Both the position numbers and the translations under genes were made by a program. A stretch of DNA of 64,000 bases, from NCBI GenBank assembly GCA_965178125.1, contig OZ237765.1:558001-622000 (forward strand). Reading direction: 5' to 3'. This document shows, piece by piece, positions 26,916-39,856 of this stretch (positions within the stretch are counted from its first letter, which is position 1; every line of letters begins with the position of its first letter). Below the pieces are notes generated by a model that saw nothing but the letters and a program-made list of their open reading frames with translations, searched no databases and was not told where the DNA came from. This DNA is from Bilabrum cf. latius. Lineage: Eukaryota.

Positions 26916-28148
26916 GGCTGAGTCATGTGAGCGTGGGATACGGATAGGGGTCGGGGACCTGAAGTCCGAACTTCAGGCGACCGGCGACACACCAAGCGTG
27001 CGTCACCCTATTCGCCCGGTAGCGGCACAGCGTGGAACTGCAATGTGGCAAGTGAGGACCTGTTGATCTTGACCACGGGACTGGAAGCATAGGTGTGGTC
27101 CGTGCCGCAAAATCCCCCATAGTGGAGCACCTTGTGGAAGGAAGTAGGAAAGCGCTGGCGGCAGGCACAGGGCACTCTCGTCCGTTGGATGGCTCCGTAG
27201 CCGAAGGGGGACGAGGTGGACCTGCACAGCCGAGAGGAGAGCCTGGATCTCGGACCGACCTTGGGACAGTCGCACCGGCGACACCCACCGAGAGAGCGGG
27301 GCGTTCCAGCACAGCGAATCGCTCGGGCGAGGACGCCCGTTTGCTGCAAGAGACACCGAAAGGCGTGGACGGCAGCCGGACCTCGGATCCTCACGAAGGG
27401 TAAGGCAAGGGTTGCCTGAATAGGAGCGAGCCGGATTGCGACTGTGATGGGCAGTGGACGAGCATACAGGACCGCCCCGGGCGTGGTGGGCTGTGCGGGA
27501 TGTGCGAGTCGACATGCCTATCTCGATCGAGAAAACTTCTTTTCTTTTTGCGTGGATGCCCCTCCTAGGCGGAGGCGGCGTGGGTGTCCCTGCGGCGGTT
27601 CGATGGGCGAACCACCAAGGGGGGGCCCAGTGTTGTTCCCTGACCAAGTGGTAGGCCGTCCCCAAAGTGGCGTGAATGGTCCGATCCACCTACGTAGCGG
27701 CCAGGGCAACACCAGCCAATACCACAGCGCCACGGAAGGAGGAGAGAAGTAGGAGAATGACGACGACGTGCGACTGATACCGAGAACGAGGCGAGGCGAG
27801 CAGGAGACGAGAGCGAGGATGAACGGAGCACGGTCACGCGAGCCGGAGGGCAAGCGTGGCCGAGATGAGGGATGATTGCTACTAGTGACTGTGTCGGACG
27901 TAACCAGATAAGCGCCATCACTTATTTTGGTCTAGTAAATCCCACTTCAAAGAACGTTCTTTTGGCTTCGTTTTTTTGCGTGTCCCCGATGCGACCAAGG
28001 CCGGGTCGCAAGGTCCATAGCCTTAGTTCGGGCAGCGAGAACCTGAGTACAAGGCTTGAGCGTCTAGATCGATTTCATAAACGACTTTGATTCGTTTGCA
28101 GCGACTGGTTCCTTCCGAAATTAAGCCGAGGAGCGGTAAATCGGAACT

Positions 28149-31100
28149 ATGAGATCGGCGTCAGCGATGTACTAGCACCAGTCATGGCCGGAACGAGTGT
28201 ATTCCGGCTTGCAACAGGGCCTGTTTGGACTTGGATTCACGTTTAGCAAAGACGTGACGGACGAAAGCAGGTGGCTATTCGTTCTTAGCGCAGTGGTGTC
28301 AGAGGCGCAAACTTTGTCGTTCGTCCTCAACGACTCCGACAAGCTGCCCTGGAAAGATTCCAGAGTGTTCTCTCCAATCGTATCGAGTATGAGTTTTCTA
28401 GCAGAGCCGTTAGATCCTGACGGAAATGCTACCGGCTTCCTTGTTCTGCTGGTGATGGCTGCGACGTACGTGAGCTGCTTTTTAGCGCTCGCTGTGTGGG
28501 CTGCTCGCAACTTTGTCCTGGAGCTGCCGCAAGCGCCGTTCCTAATAAGGCTTTTAGGATACATAGCCACAGCTTCGACAGGGGTGCTGTTTCTTCCCGT
28601 GGCTGGAATTCTCCTTCGAGGCTCAAGTTGTTCAGAAGACGCCGACGGCCGCTGGCTCGGCACGTCCCTGCTTTGTGGCGAGCCGGCACACTGGCTCCTA
28701 TCCACGATATTATCTGTGCTGGCGCTTGGTTTCAGCGCACTTTCGCTCTTCATTGCCGCGATTTTCGTGGACAGAAGGCCTGATTCGCAGTCCTGGAAGA
28801 GTATGCAGACGGGGCGGGCAACTGTGCTTCGACTGCTGTTCAAGCTCGGGCTCGTGTTCTCGCACTCTATTCTTCGAAATGTGCTGATGGGGACGACTGG
28901 TTTCACCCTGGTACTTGTGCTTCTAGGCATATCAAAGTTCTACCTGTACCTGATCGGGGCGCCGTTCACGCACCGTGACATCAACGCCATGTACGCCGCA
29001 TCGGGCGGTGCATTCACTGCAGCGGCAATCTGCCTCCTCGTGGCACAGCTGGCTGGGCCTGACGTGGCAGGCATGGGGGTGCTGTATGGCATCCCAGTCA
29101 CGGTCATCGCAACTTTTAGCCTGACTCGCCGCCGGCTCAACGCCGTGGGCCAGCAGCCCCTCGCGCGCTGCACGTCCGTGAGCGACATGCACGTGTGGGG
29201 CAGGCGGCGGCTGCAGCGGCGGGCCATCCTTAAGCAGATGCTGGAACGAGCCGACATGGACGGTGACCTGCGCAGCACGCCTGTAGAAGCCGCACAACTG
29301 GCGAGTGGGGGCAGCGGCAGCAGCCGCAGCAGCACCCGCAAACGGTCCGGAGACGGTCTCCTGGCGCAGCTAGGGGTGGAGCAGACCATGGCCAATCGAG
29401 CATCAGATCCCGACTACAAGGGTGCTCTTCGTGACGCCGACACGGAGGACGGGCAGAGCGTGGCCAGCGCGGACGCATCTGAAAAGGGCAGCCACCTGGG
29501 GCACAGGTCCATTCGTCACAGGGAGCACGGTGTTAACATGCCTGTCCGGCTGGGCAGCGCCGACTACCGCGGCGTCCACCTGCAGAACGCCGAGCACCTA
29601 TCCGCGGAGCAACTCAAGGCCGAGATACAGCTTTTGGAGGACGAGGCGCGCAGAGCATACGAGGGCGCGGCGGAGACGTTCTCCACCAACGAGCAGGCCT
29701 TCATCGGGCTATCCATCTTCGAGCGAACCACCAGCCGATATCGGTACAGGGAGTGCATTGCACTGTCGCAGGCGCTCAAGTGCTCCCCCGCTCTCGACTC
29801 GAGGTACTACATCGCCCAGCGAGTGAGGGACATGCGGGAGTCGGATGGGTTCGGCCTGAGTTCCGTAGACCGGGTGCTGTTCGACTCTGCCCTCCGCGAG
29901 ACTGCCCAGCTGCGAGTCGTGGCGTACCAGCTGCTGGTTCGCCTATTCACCCAGCTGACCATGGACAGCCCCGACTTGGCCCACCTGATGGACACGAGTG
30001 TGGCACTTCACAACACAGCGGAACGAGCCGACGAGGCCTACCGCCGGCTCTTCAGCTTCCATAGCGAGAATGCAGGCCTGCTGCGGCAGTACGCCAGTTA
30101 CCTGTCTGACTTTAGGGCGGACCAGCCAAGGGTCAACGAGCTTCTGAGCCAGGCCCAGAGAGTGCAGGAGCAGGCTCGCAAGCAGAAGCATACGAGAATG
30201 AAGACGGTGCGTTTCGGGGCGATGCAGTCAGAGAAAGCTAGCTTCGACGAATCTGCCGCCATCATTACGATCTCTGCAGCTCCAGCTCGACTGGGAGAGA
30301 TCCTGTACGTCTCGCGCTCTGCCTGCCGTCTGTTCGACTTTGTTCCGCACCAGATTGTCGGGCAGAACATCAGCGTCATCGTGCCCAGCCCCATCGATGC
30401 TGTGCACGACAAGCTCTTGCAGGCTTTCTCTAAGAGGAACAGAGAGAGCCGAGTTGTAGGGCAGGCGAGACTCTTGTTCGCTCGAAGAAATGGAGGAGCA
30501 GTCATACCGATATGGCTGGCTGTGAACGAGGCACCCCCGGATCAGGTCACGGCCGAGCCTCGCTTCACCGCGGAAATATCCGAGATCGCAACAGAACAGA
30601 ACTTTGTGCTTTTCGGTGGATCGCAGCAGAACTTCCAGATCTATTCCGCATCGGCTGGCTCCCTTCGTCTAATGGGCATGGACGCCCAAGACATCGAAAA
30701 CGACCAGGTGAGCATGTCACAGTTCTTCCCATCCGTGGAATCGACGTATCAGGAGCGGCTCCGGCTGAGCACGCCGCACATCAAGGCTATCGCATCCACG
30801 CCGGGCGTGACTGACCTGTTCCACTGCCTCGGCAGGGCCGAAATACTGCGGAGGCACGCGGCCAAGCGAAACAGGGGTCCAAGAGTGCGCATGCAAACCC
30901 CTGGTGCTGCGAGCGACGTCTCAATGGCATCGATCGCCGGAGATCCTTCAGCCGTGCCTGCGTCCCCCCACCCGTCCGGCCGCAGAAGCTCAATTCCGTC
31001 CGAATTTGCCAGCGCTGAGCATTTTGTGCAGGGGAGTGGGAAGTCTGCCATGATCAAAGAGGCAACAAGAGGCCCTTGTGCCAACCAGATCTTGATCCGA

Positions 31101-34100
31101 TCCATGCAGCACCTGCGCAAGCCAGGCCTGATCCCCGTCAAGTCGAGGAGCAGGCAGCGGATCATCGTCGGGCAGGTGCAGGTGGCCCGCATCCCGATGC
31201 TAGGTACGCTGCATGTCCTGGCTTGGCACCCTGTGCGCAGGCCGCAGTTGCTGGAGGCTCCCTCGGGCACTGGACTGGACATGAAGCGGCTGATCGCAGG
31301 CAGCTCTCATGACATGATCGACCAGCACGCACGCCACGGCCGTTCAATGAGGAGGAAGTCAAGTCGGAAGTCATCCACGACAAGCAAGGGCAGTGGCAAG
31401 GCCGGTAGAAAGAGGTCAAGCCAATCAAGAGCCGTCTAGCAGGACCAGCGGGGGAGTGCTGCTGCCCAGTCTCCCTCCAGCGATACGTCACATGAAGAAG
31501 AAGATCGCAAGCTGCCGCCAAAACGCGTCGGCCACTCGAAGCGTGAATCCCAAGCTATGGCATTGGAGCAAGCTGACTCGGCGTCAATTGGGGGCGGATC
31601 GCCAGCACGGACCCAGCACGGCGAGCACTCCCGGGACAGAGCCTCACTTCCTGGCGCAGTAGACGATGTCCATGCACGCGATGCCGCAGGTGGGGCTGAT
31701 ACAAATCCATAGCTGTCCCGCCAGCCCTAGAAGGAAGCGGCCAGGCCAAGCGGGCGATCCGGTGAGGCTGCTGCCGATACGCTGACCAATATCATGCATC
31801 TGTCCGGGACAGGCAATGCTACGGAGGCTGTAGAAGGCAGTGGTGAAAGCAGCGACTCTGATGCTGCCGGTGATATGCCAGCGGTTGGGCTGTCGAGCCA
31901 TGCCAGCGGAGGCACCTACAGAGACAGCCGCAGGCATCAGGGCTCTCACGACCCGTACGCAGACCACGACGAGCTAGATGATATGGAGGGCCCCGGCCTC
32001 CGGTCCCAGTCGGAGCGGGCAGCAGCCGCTTCGCGCAGAGTCAGCAGGGCTGGCAAGCGCGGCTGGAGGCGGAGGGATATGCGAGACTCCGAACCCGAGC
32101 CTGGCGTTGAAGTGCTGGTTGACACAGCGGGTGGAGACACGACGGGGCGTGGAATATTCGAGACTGTCATGGGTTCCTATGGAAGGCTGGTGGAGTGGTA
32201 GTCGAGCGGGAACGGGTCGCAGCCGCCGCACCTTCCCAGTGCAGAGGAAGCAAAGCAAGGCAACGAACAGCGAGAGCAACAACAGAAGAATCGCAACGAA
32301 GGCCTTGGCACGCAGCAAAGGGTGGCAAATGGCAGTGGCATGAACCCAGCAGACAGGACAGCCAATGGGTCAGCCGAAAGGTCGAGCGCAGCACAGGAGG
32401 CTGTCGCCAATCATGAGCCTACTCATAGAGTCCAACAGAGTGACCAATCATCAGCACTTGGGTCAAGAGCTCAACCGCTGCCCGGCACGAGCTCAACTGC
32501 GCTCACTGGGTCCAGTGCGGCCATTGGCAGCCAGTCAGGAAGCACTTCATGGAAGAAGCAGCGAGCGAAGACGGATGATGGCAACTCGGAGAGCAGCGCC
32601 GCGGCCATAAGCGTCAGAAAGGCCCTTGGCACTGCGATCACCATGTCGCAAGGAGCGACAGAGAACCAGATTGTGCTGGCGAATCGATTCCTTATTGCGC
32701 AGGCCCTTTTCGTGGTGTTGCTTGGGGTGGTTGTGACGGTGTAGACGCGCAGCTTCGTTGGAGTGCTGGAAGGGATGTCCAACACCGTTTGGCTCGCGGG
32801 CCGCCGTCAGCTGGCCTTTCTCAGCGCCGAGAACAAGCTTGTGTGGACGGCCAACAGGAATGACATCGACCTTGTGTCGCCATACGAGGTGGTGATTGAC
32901 GGAGAGGTCGCGTACCCTGAGTACCGCCAGCAGACCACTAACCGGGTGCGAGAACTTGCCAACTACAACCTCTCTCTGGTAACACGGCGGTCCATCCATG
33001 ACATCGAGGAGATAAGGCTTCTGATGCTGCAGGACGCGGATGAAATCACCGATGCGCACGGACGGTTGTTTGCCGCAATCAAAGATGCAGGGATTGATGA
33101 CACGTTTGAAACGCGTCAAAAGCTTCCGTTGCGCCTGCCAGGCATTTCTGGAGGTGGTAATCAGCTCAAATCTGCGTCCGAGCAGCTCGCTGACCTCGTG
33201 GCGGCCATTCGAAGAGTGGCTAGCGGGATCGCGACTTCCATTTCGCGCCTCCAAAGGGACGTCTAGTTCCTTCTGGAGAACACGGAAGAGTTCGACCTCA
33301 TTATGTCGTATGCCATGCGAAGGCACAAGGTGCGACTGGAGACGAGCATCGAGAACCAAGGCTTCCTTGTCTTGCTGTTTGGCGGCATCGTCGCCAGCGT
33401 GATGCTGATCATAGGCGGGTCGTCGTTCGTGATCTTGCTCCGTCAGCTGGGGGAGAAGACGGAAAACGTCCTCAGGATATTCATGCTGGTGTCCTAGAAT
33501 CACTCCAAGCGTTTGACGCAGTACTCGTAGAAGAGCCTAGAAAATGTGCTGAGCGAGACGCAGTCCTTGCTCGAGCCAGAAGGGAAGGGCCCGTAGGACC
33601 TGCTGGAAGACGCGACCTGGGACAGTGAAAGCGACGGTCAGGAGTCAGACTCGAACTCAATCACAGGTAGTACGGGGCACTACAACACCAGCAACACGTA
33701 CCCACGGCAAAGCCAAGCACAGCAGCACGCCGAGGCTGCTCATCTGCAGATGTAGCAGCAGCATCAGCCGCTTGGGCTGAACCAGGAAGACTTCCGGGCA
33801 GTGCTACGGTCATCGTACGGGTCCTACTCGGGCTCGACCGCGTGGACCGGCAGCACCATCCGCGAGTCAGGCATTCTGCGGAGCACTCACCGTCCTCACG
33901 GCAGTCAGAGCCACCGGTCTGTAAGCAGGACCAAGTCTCAGGCACGCAAGTACTCCAACTCGTCCACCTTCGTGTGCCGGTCAATTGCCTGCCTGCTCCT
34001 CCCAGTCTTCATGATTCCAGTGTTTGCAGTGGCGCTACTGCTCATCCAGCAGGACCTCAGCCGGGACATTGGGGAGCTGACTAAGAGGATCGTCATCGCG

Positions 34101-35351
34101 CAGTCTCTGCAAGCTCGGCTGCAGCTCCTCTCGACGAGGACGCAGATCTTGGCCAACGACTTGTACCAGATCTACTATGATCCGGCAGCTAACACTACCG
34201 CGCTTGAGTCTAGCATTCGATACCAAACCATTCGAATCAATGAGGGCACTCGGATCATCGAGTAGGTGAGCTCGATGCTGGCTACGGGAGCAGAGGCCAG
34301 CGCTGATATGCTGATCTTCGCAGACGGCGAGAGGGGCGACACTCTGTACGAGACACCGCTCAGGCATACGTATGTCGACGGCATTCCTGACGATGGTGCC
34401 AGCGCAACAGAGCAGGCTGTGTACAACGTGCTGAATCGCGACGGGTGCTCCCCAGCTCAGTTCAACTCTGTGGATCTGTTGCAGATCATGCGGCTTGGGA
34501 AACAACAGGCACTTTCGCTTCCAACGATGTAGGGTACCATGGCACAAACCGTGATTGAGGACTGTAGAGCCCTGCAAGACGGCATCATCGCTGAAGGTCT
34601 CGTGTCAGCCGTGGCTTCGTGGGCATTCGAGGCGCGAGACTTTGCTGCCCGCGTGTATAGCAACATCACGGGCGGCGGGTAGGTGCAGGACGTGCTGGGT
34701 GAGACAGACCTCAACACACCTCGGTTTCTCCGCAGACGGGATGGCGTTGAAGATGGCTCTGGTGCTTCGCACGGAAAGGATGCCTTATCAGGTGCTATCA
34801 AGTCTGCGCGTATCTCCTTCATGACTGATGATGCACCGCAACCCAAGACGTTGAACGCGGGTTGGCGTATCAGGGATAGCAGACGCTTGAGACGCCTGCA
34901 AATTGGCGTGGGGATCGGTGCAGACAAGATTGTCGGGCTGAACCGCTCTCTGTCCAGCCTGTCCCTGCCCGAAGCGGCCTTGTACGAGGCCGACAAGCTC
35001 AGAGACATGATGTCACCCTACATGCAGCACTCCCTTGACGTCACCATCGCCCGGTTCTACCTCAGCATGATGGCCAGGCTGCACGACACGGGGCGCAACA
35101 TCGAGATCGCGACGTGGGTCTTCGTGGGTTTCTTCGTGGTCACCACGCTCGTGTACATGTCTTAGCTCAGGCTGCTCGAGCTCCCCTTGCAGTCGGCTCG
35201 CAGGATGCTGGTGCTGCTGCCGCAGCCGTTGCTCTTGAACCACGAGCCTCTCTAGGCGGCCATCAAGGATGCAACGAGGAAGCTCCAAAGCGGCATCACC
35301 GGGGATGTACAACCTCGCGCGGTGGCATACAGGAGCCAGATGGAGGTCTGA
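28149..35351 (+). CDS. ~2,400-aa multi-pass membrane PAS-domain protein (TmcB/TmcC-like); about 16 in-frame TAG
   Basis: N-terminal run of hydrophobic helices, TPR-like LLRQYASYLSDF, PAS GEILYVSRSACRLFDF...GQNISVIVPSPIDAVHD, later paired TM helices and C-terminal RRMLVLLP. One frame from ATG 28149 (or 28167) to TGA 35349-35351 with only TAG interruptions. Confidence 0.8.
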
Positions 35352-35359
35352 CTGAAGCA

Positions 35360-38300
35360 ATGTAGGCTGGTCTGCCAGTGGTACTGGTAGCTCAGAGCCT
35401 TATCCATGGATTGGATCTTGTTGAAGAAGACAGCAGACTGTGCCCGTCTGACAGCAGAGCGAGGGGGACACAGGGAACAGGGGATGATCCAGGCGAAGAA
35501 ACAAACGATTCGGGGGCTATAGCGGCTGCCATGCTTGCCGGTGGGGCGGAGGCGGCGGAGGCGGCGGAGGCACGGCGACGGGAGCTGGAGGGGCACCAAT
35601 TTCATCTCGTAGAGGCTGATGAAGATGCTGTCTCGATCGCGAGCGAGGTGCTGGACTCTGCCCTGGCCACTGCCCTCGCGCTCGATGAATCGGTAGCAAG
35701 GCAGTGCCGGGCACAGCCGCTCTTTGGCCGAGCACCGGCTCAGGCCATCGGGCTTGGCAGCCCTGAAGATGAAGGTAGCTAGGCGGAACGCGGTGCTGTC
35801 GGGTCCATTGCGCTGGCATCTGACAAGCGCGGGTGGTGCAACGCGCAGCGGAAGCGCGAAATCGGCGGCGGCGATGCAGATGAGGAGGACCAAGATGGGC
35901 ACGGTAATGCAGAAAAGCGGGTGGCGAGGCTGGGACAGCTAGACAGCAAGTAGCTTTCGCCTTTGCTCGGCCAGATCGAAGAGGGGGAGCACTGCCCTGC
36001 TGTGTTCTCCAGCCTCCTCGTGGCGCCCGTGGCTCGGCATGATAGCAAGCCCGGTGATTTCCTCCTGTGCATTCGTCGCGTGGAGCAACAGGCCGCGGCA
36101 GCAGATGCATCTAGCGGTGGCAGTCAGGCTGGCGCTGGGGAGTCCACTGCCACTCACAGGTGGGTAGCGACAATCCGCGAGATACCGGAGCTCCTGGTCG
36201 CTGTGCAGGTGGAGCCCAAGGTTCCGGTGGCCTCGCCGGATAATCGTAACCTGGCAGCCACCCTGCAGCTGTTCCTGTCGCACCAGCTGTCCCTGTACCT
36301 GCGGTAGCAAGGGGGAGCAGCCACGCCGGAGGATGTGCAGAAAGCCTTCTTGAGGACCTCAGCGCACGTGAGCCTGAGGGATTGTCTCGAGCTGGTGTCG
36401 TACTACCAGGACCACGCCAGGCGGTGGGTATCCAAGGCAGCATCTGACGATACGAGCTTGCGGACTCTCAGGAGAACACTCACCCCGGAGCAGGTGTGCC
36501 AGCTGTACGGCATGTTTGTCGTCCTGCAGGCACTCCGAGGCGCGGGGGTGGTTCAGTCGGCGATGTTCTCCGCGGCCCAGACGAGCGTTAACCGCCTGAC
36601 CAAGGCGATCGAATCGGTGCTCGACCGCCTGGACCCCAGCCGGGTGGCTCAGCGGCGGCACGGTGTAGTCGGTGTCGTGGCCCAAGCAGCCAAGGAGAGA
36701 GATGACCCCGAGATGATGGCGGCAGCAGAGATGCAGGCGGCGGGGGGAGACCAACTCGATGCCGAGGACCCGCTGGAGGCAGGCCTGCGTGATGCAGAGC
36801 TGCGATCTAGAGGGATGCAGCTGCAAGCCTCGGGGGGCCAGAAGCAGCTGCCTCTGCCTGTCAGGGTGTAGCGTCGGCAAGCACCGCTGGTTGACCTGCC
36901 GCCCGATGAGGCAAAGCTGGTTGTGGCTCGCATGCAGCAGGCGAGTCCAAGGGGTAGAGCCGTGCTCCGGGCAAGGCTCCGCGAGTTGAAGCGAACTCGC
37001 AAGGCGTGCATTGCTGTGCTGCGGCTGCTGCAGACCACCCCGTGGGCTCTGACGGAATCGTTCGTATCGGCCCAGCAGAAGTCAGGAGGCGGTGTTCTCT
37101 CACTCAAAGGACCTGATGACTCGCTGGCTGGGGATCCGTCCGGCTGCAAGCTCGGATTCAGCTTTATCAAAGAGCCGAGCATGAATAAGAGGACCGGGCA
37201 GAAGCGAGCAACCGTGAAGAGAGAGGGAACGGATCGAGACATCCGGAGGCTCCGCATGTCGCAGCTCAGAGGGATCCTGCTAGGATACGGCATGAGCCAG
37301 CCGGATGTCGCCAAGCTCAAGCGCTGGGACCTCGTGCGGGCAGTCAAGTAGTCTACATGCAAGCCAATCTTGCGAGTTGCAGGGCCTTGCCAGGGCGAGG
37401 CCTGGCGTACGACGATATCAAGTTCATTAGCGAGGAGCAGTGGTCACGTCTGGACAAGGACAAGATCAAGCAGAAGCAGGCCAGAGCCATCTATAAGGCG
37501 CAGCTCCGGGCCCTCCGCGACGCTGATCCTGTGAGCAGCGAATCAGATACCGAAGAATCGATCGATACGGATGAAGACGATGCAGGTAGCGCGACGGCTG
37601 GCAGCACAGAGGGCCGGTCCGGAGCAGCCGCGGCGCCGACAAAGAGCAGTGGAAAACAAGGCGACGACAAGGACCACGCTGCCATGCTTGCCGACTTCAA
37701 TTTGGACAGTGACGGAGCCGAGGATGGGAGCGAGGGCGATCAAAAATCGGCCACTGCCTCATCTGTGGGAGGCGGTGGTCGATGGAAGAGCCAGGGTGCG
37801 CAGGGTAGAGGGCAAGGAGGACCCAGTGGGGTGGATGACTGGGAGCACAAGGCGTTCGGTACAGTGGTCATGGAGGCGAATGACGAGCATGACGAGGCAC
37901 AGGAGCTGGCTGCGTATCGTGAGCAGCTAAGAGGGGGAGGAGGTAGGCCTAGTGGAGCTGCCATGGCCCAGCGGCCAATGGAGGGTGGTGCGGGGGCCCA
38001 AGGGGTGTCAGACGGCACCGCAAAGAGGGCAGCAGAGTGGCCCCCGTATTCGTCGCGGCCCACGCACCGGGGAGGCACCTTTGAGGTACGCGCCTACCGC
38101 TCTCGCATGGTGTACAAGGAGCTCCCGGAGGAGTACTTTGTGGAGGAGGTGATCAAGTGGTTGATCGGTACGAGGCAAGGGGTCATCGTGGTGGGCATGG
38201 CTGGTGCCTTCGTCTGCATCGTGGTGCTCGGGTGCCTCTTTGACCAATGTGCCCCGAGTTCCCTCAAGCACTGCCTCACCGGGGGCGGCAAGCAGCAGAA

Positions 38301-38638
38301 GGAAGACATGGGGCGGAAGATGAGGCAGCAGCGGGTCGTAGCCGATGTATAGGTCCTGCTCTCGCAGCCCTCCATACGAAGGCTCGCCTCAGGGAGCTCG
38401 ATCGGGAGCAAGCGAGGCTCCGCCAGGTCGCAGGGCTCGATTGAGGAAGTTGGAGCCGACAGCATACACGGGGAAAAGGCCGCTGCAGCTGCGGCCGCTG
38501 GCATTCACATCCGCCTCGGGTCCGGCGGTGCTGCTCCTGCTAGCGAGGCACTTGCTTCCAGCGGCGGGGTCCAAGTGCACCTGGGGGGCAGGCCAGGCCA
38601 GCGCGGTGACCACGCCTCGAGTCGCGGAAGCAACCGAG

Positions 38639-38670
<32 letters not shown>

Positions 38671-39568
38671 CTTTGCCTAGAGTCAAAGAGGCAGCCAAAG
38701 CCGGAGCATGAGGTCCTCACAGGGCCACGGGCATGGTCCTGGAGACGAGAGCGACGACAGCTCCATGCCCAGCGAGTCGGACGCCGATGATGACGGAGAT
38801 CTAGACGTGCTAACCCCTGCCCAGTCCATGCCCTCTTCGGTGACCGGGGGGCGAAGTGCCATGGGACAAGGGCATGGGCATAGGAGGGCCGTGAGCCGAG
38901 ACCCGTCCGGCGCCGGCGGCATGTACGGCGGGATGGTGGGAGGGCAAGAGACCGTCGACCTGTCGCAGGGGGATCGTATCGTGTACGGCTAGGGGCCTGG
39001 GCTAATGAGCGTCACTTCCTTTGTGCCCGGAGGGGGAGGGCATCCTGCAGGGGGTCCGCAGGGGGGGGGAGGGCATCCTGCAGGGGGTCCGCAGGGGGGG
39101 GGAGGGCATCCTGCAGGGGGTCCGCAGGGGGGGGGAGGGCATCCTGCAGGGGGTCCGTAGGGGGGGTGTGGGTACCCCTAGTACGGCCAAACGGGGGGTA
39201 CGAGGCCGGCGCCGCGCACTGCTCTAGGGGGGAACCGAGGTTCCGTTCGAGTGCTGGGAGGTGGGCCAGGGGTAGTGGGGGTAGGGGGCTAGCCGAATGG
39301 TATGAGTGTTCCTCCAGGGCTAGGGCTGTGGGGCGGTGGCCTCGCGGGGCCCGGAGGGGCATACCACGGGCATACACATGTGGCCGGCAACGTCGGTGGA
39401 GGGGTTGTGGGCGGCGGCGGGTACTAGGGATACGTGCCGCGATCTAGTCTCGGCGGGCGGTCCGGCGCTTCGCCAAAAACCTCGGCTGGCGGCAATGCCG
39501 GAGCAGGAGCAGGAGCAGAGTACTAGATTCTACCGCGGGCAGGCGGGGCGCTCCGGGCGGCGGGTTGA
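35360..39568 (+). CDS. TAF1: TFIID subunit 1-like protein (DUF3591 core) with long low-complexity tail; many in-frame TAG and two frame changes
   Basis: SPLLG...APVARH...DFLL, IREIP...QVEP, LTPEQVC, TTPWALTESF, GDPSGCKLGFSF, GTDRDIRRL...KLKRWDLV match the TAF1 core as I recall it. The frame change near 37350 is explained by a 32-35 bp GT-AG intron ending at 37382. A second change, probably near the G-run at ~38585, is unresolved. Start and tail boundaries are uncertain. Confidence 0.75.
38641..38670 (+). repeat. (CAG)n microsatellite, poly-Gln in the probable TAF1 tail frame
   Basis: About 10 GCA/CAG triplets in a row. Confidence 0.85.
39035..39166 (+). repeat. 4 x 33-bp coding tandem repeat (GGHPAGGPQGG)
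   Basis: Units start at 39035, 39068, 39101 and 39134; the fourth has TAG where the others have CAG. Confidence 0.9.
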
Positions 39569-39856
39569 TGGCCGGCGAGGGGCAGGCAGCAGAAGATAGC
39601 GACTCGGCAGAGCTTCTGTTCGGAACTATTTGAAGTTGAGGAATGATCACTGAAATAAACTGCCATTAATGCTAGACAAGCAGTGAAGAAGATCTGCTCA
39701 ATCCGCGAGACCCCGGGTTGTGTGCACTATCGTGAATTGCATCTTAAACCAGAATTCCTTTCCGAGAGCCGGTTTCACAACCCGCTCGCCAAGTGGCACC
39801 AAAAGCCACTCTACGAACTGGCTAATCGGCGCTTTATCGGGCGATATTTGATTAAG

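Larger units (their letters stand above)
23002..27920. mobile_element. Putative non-autonomous element with split direct repeats A1-X-B1A2-Y-B2 (Ngaro/DIRS-like architecture)
   Basis: A = 150 bp at 23002-23151 and 25835-25984. B = 340 bp at 25495-25834 and 27581-27920, with only a 2-nt difference noticed. B1 abuts A2 exactly (CCATCA|TGTGCC). No target-site duplication and no RT or recombinase ORF recognised. Lies between two divergent genes. Confidence 0.65.

Noticed and set aside
23002-27920. Conventional LTR retrotransposon or TIR DNA transposon
   Set aside because: Ends are TG...CA, but the two outer ends are different sequences (A versus B), with no terminal inverted repeat, TSD or gag/pol/transposase motifs.
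39683-39856. 58-codon N-terminal extension of the lipase ORF from a GTG
   Set aside because: A clear signal peptide starts at ATG 39857; the upstream part looks like UTR/promoter.
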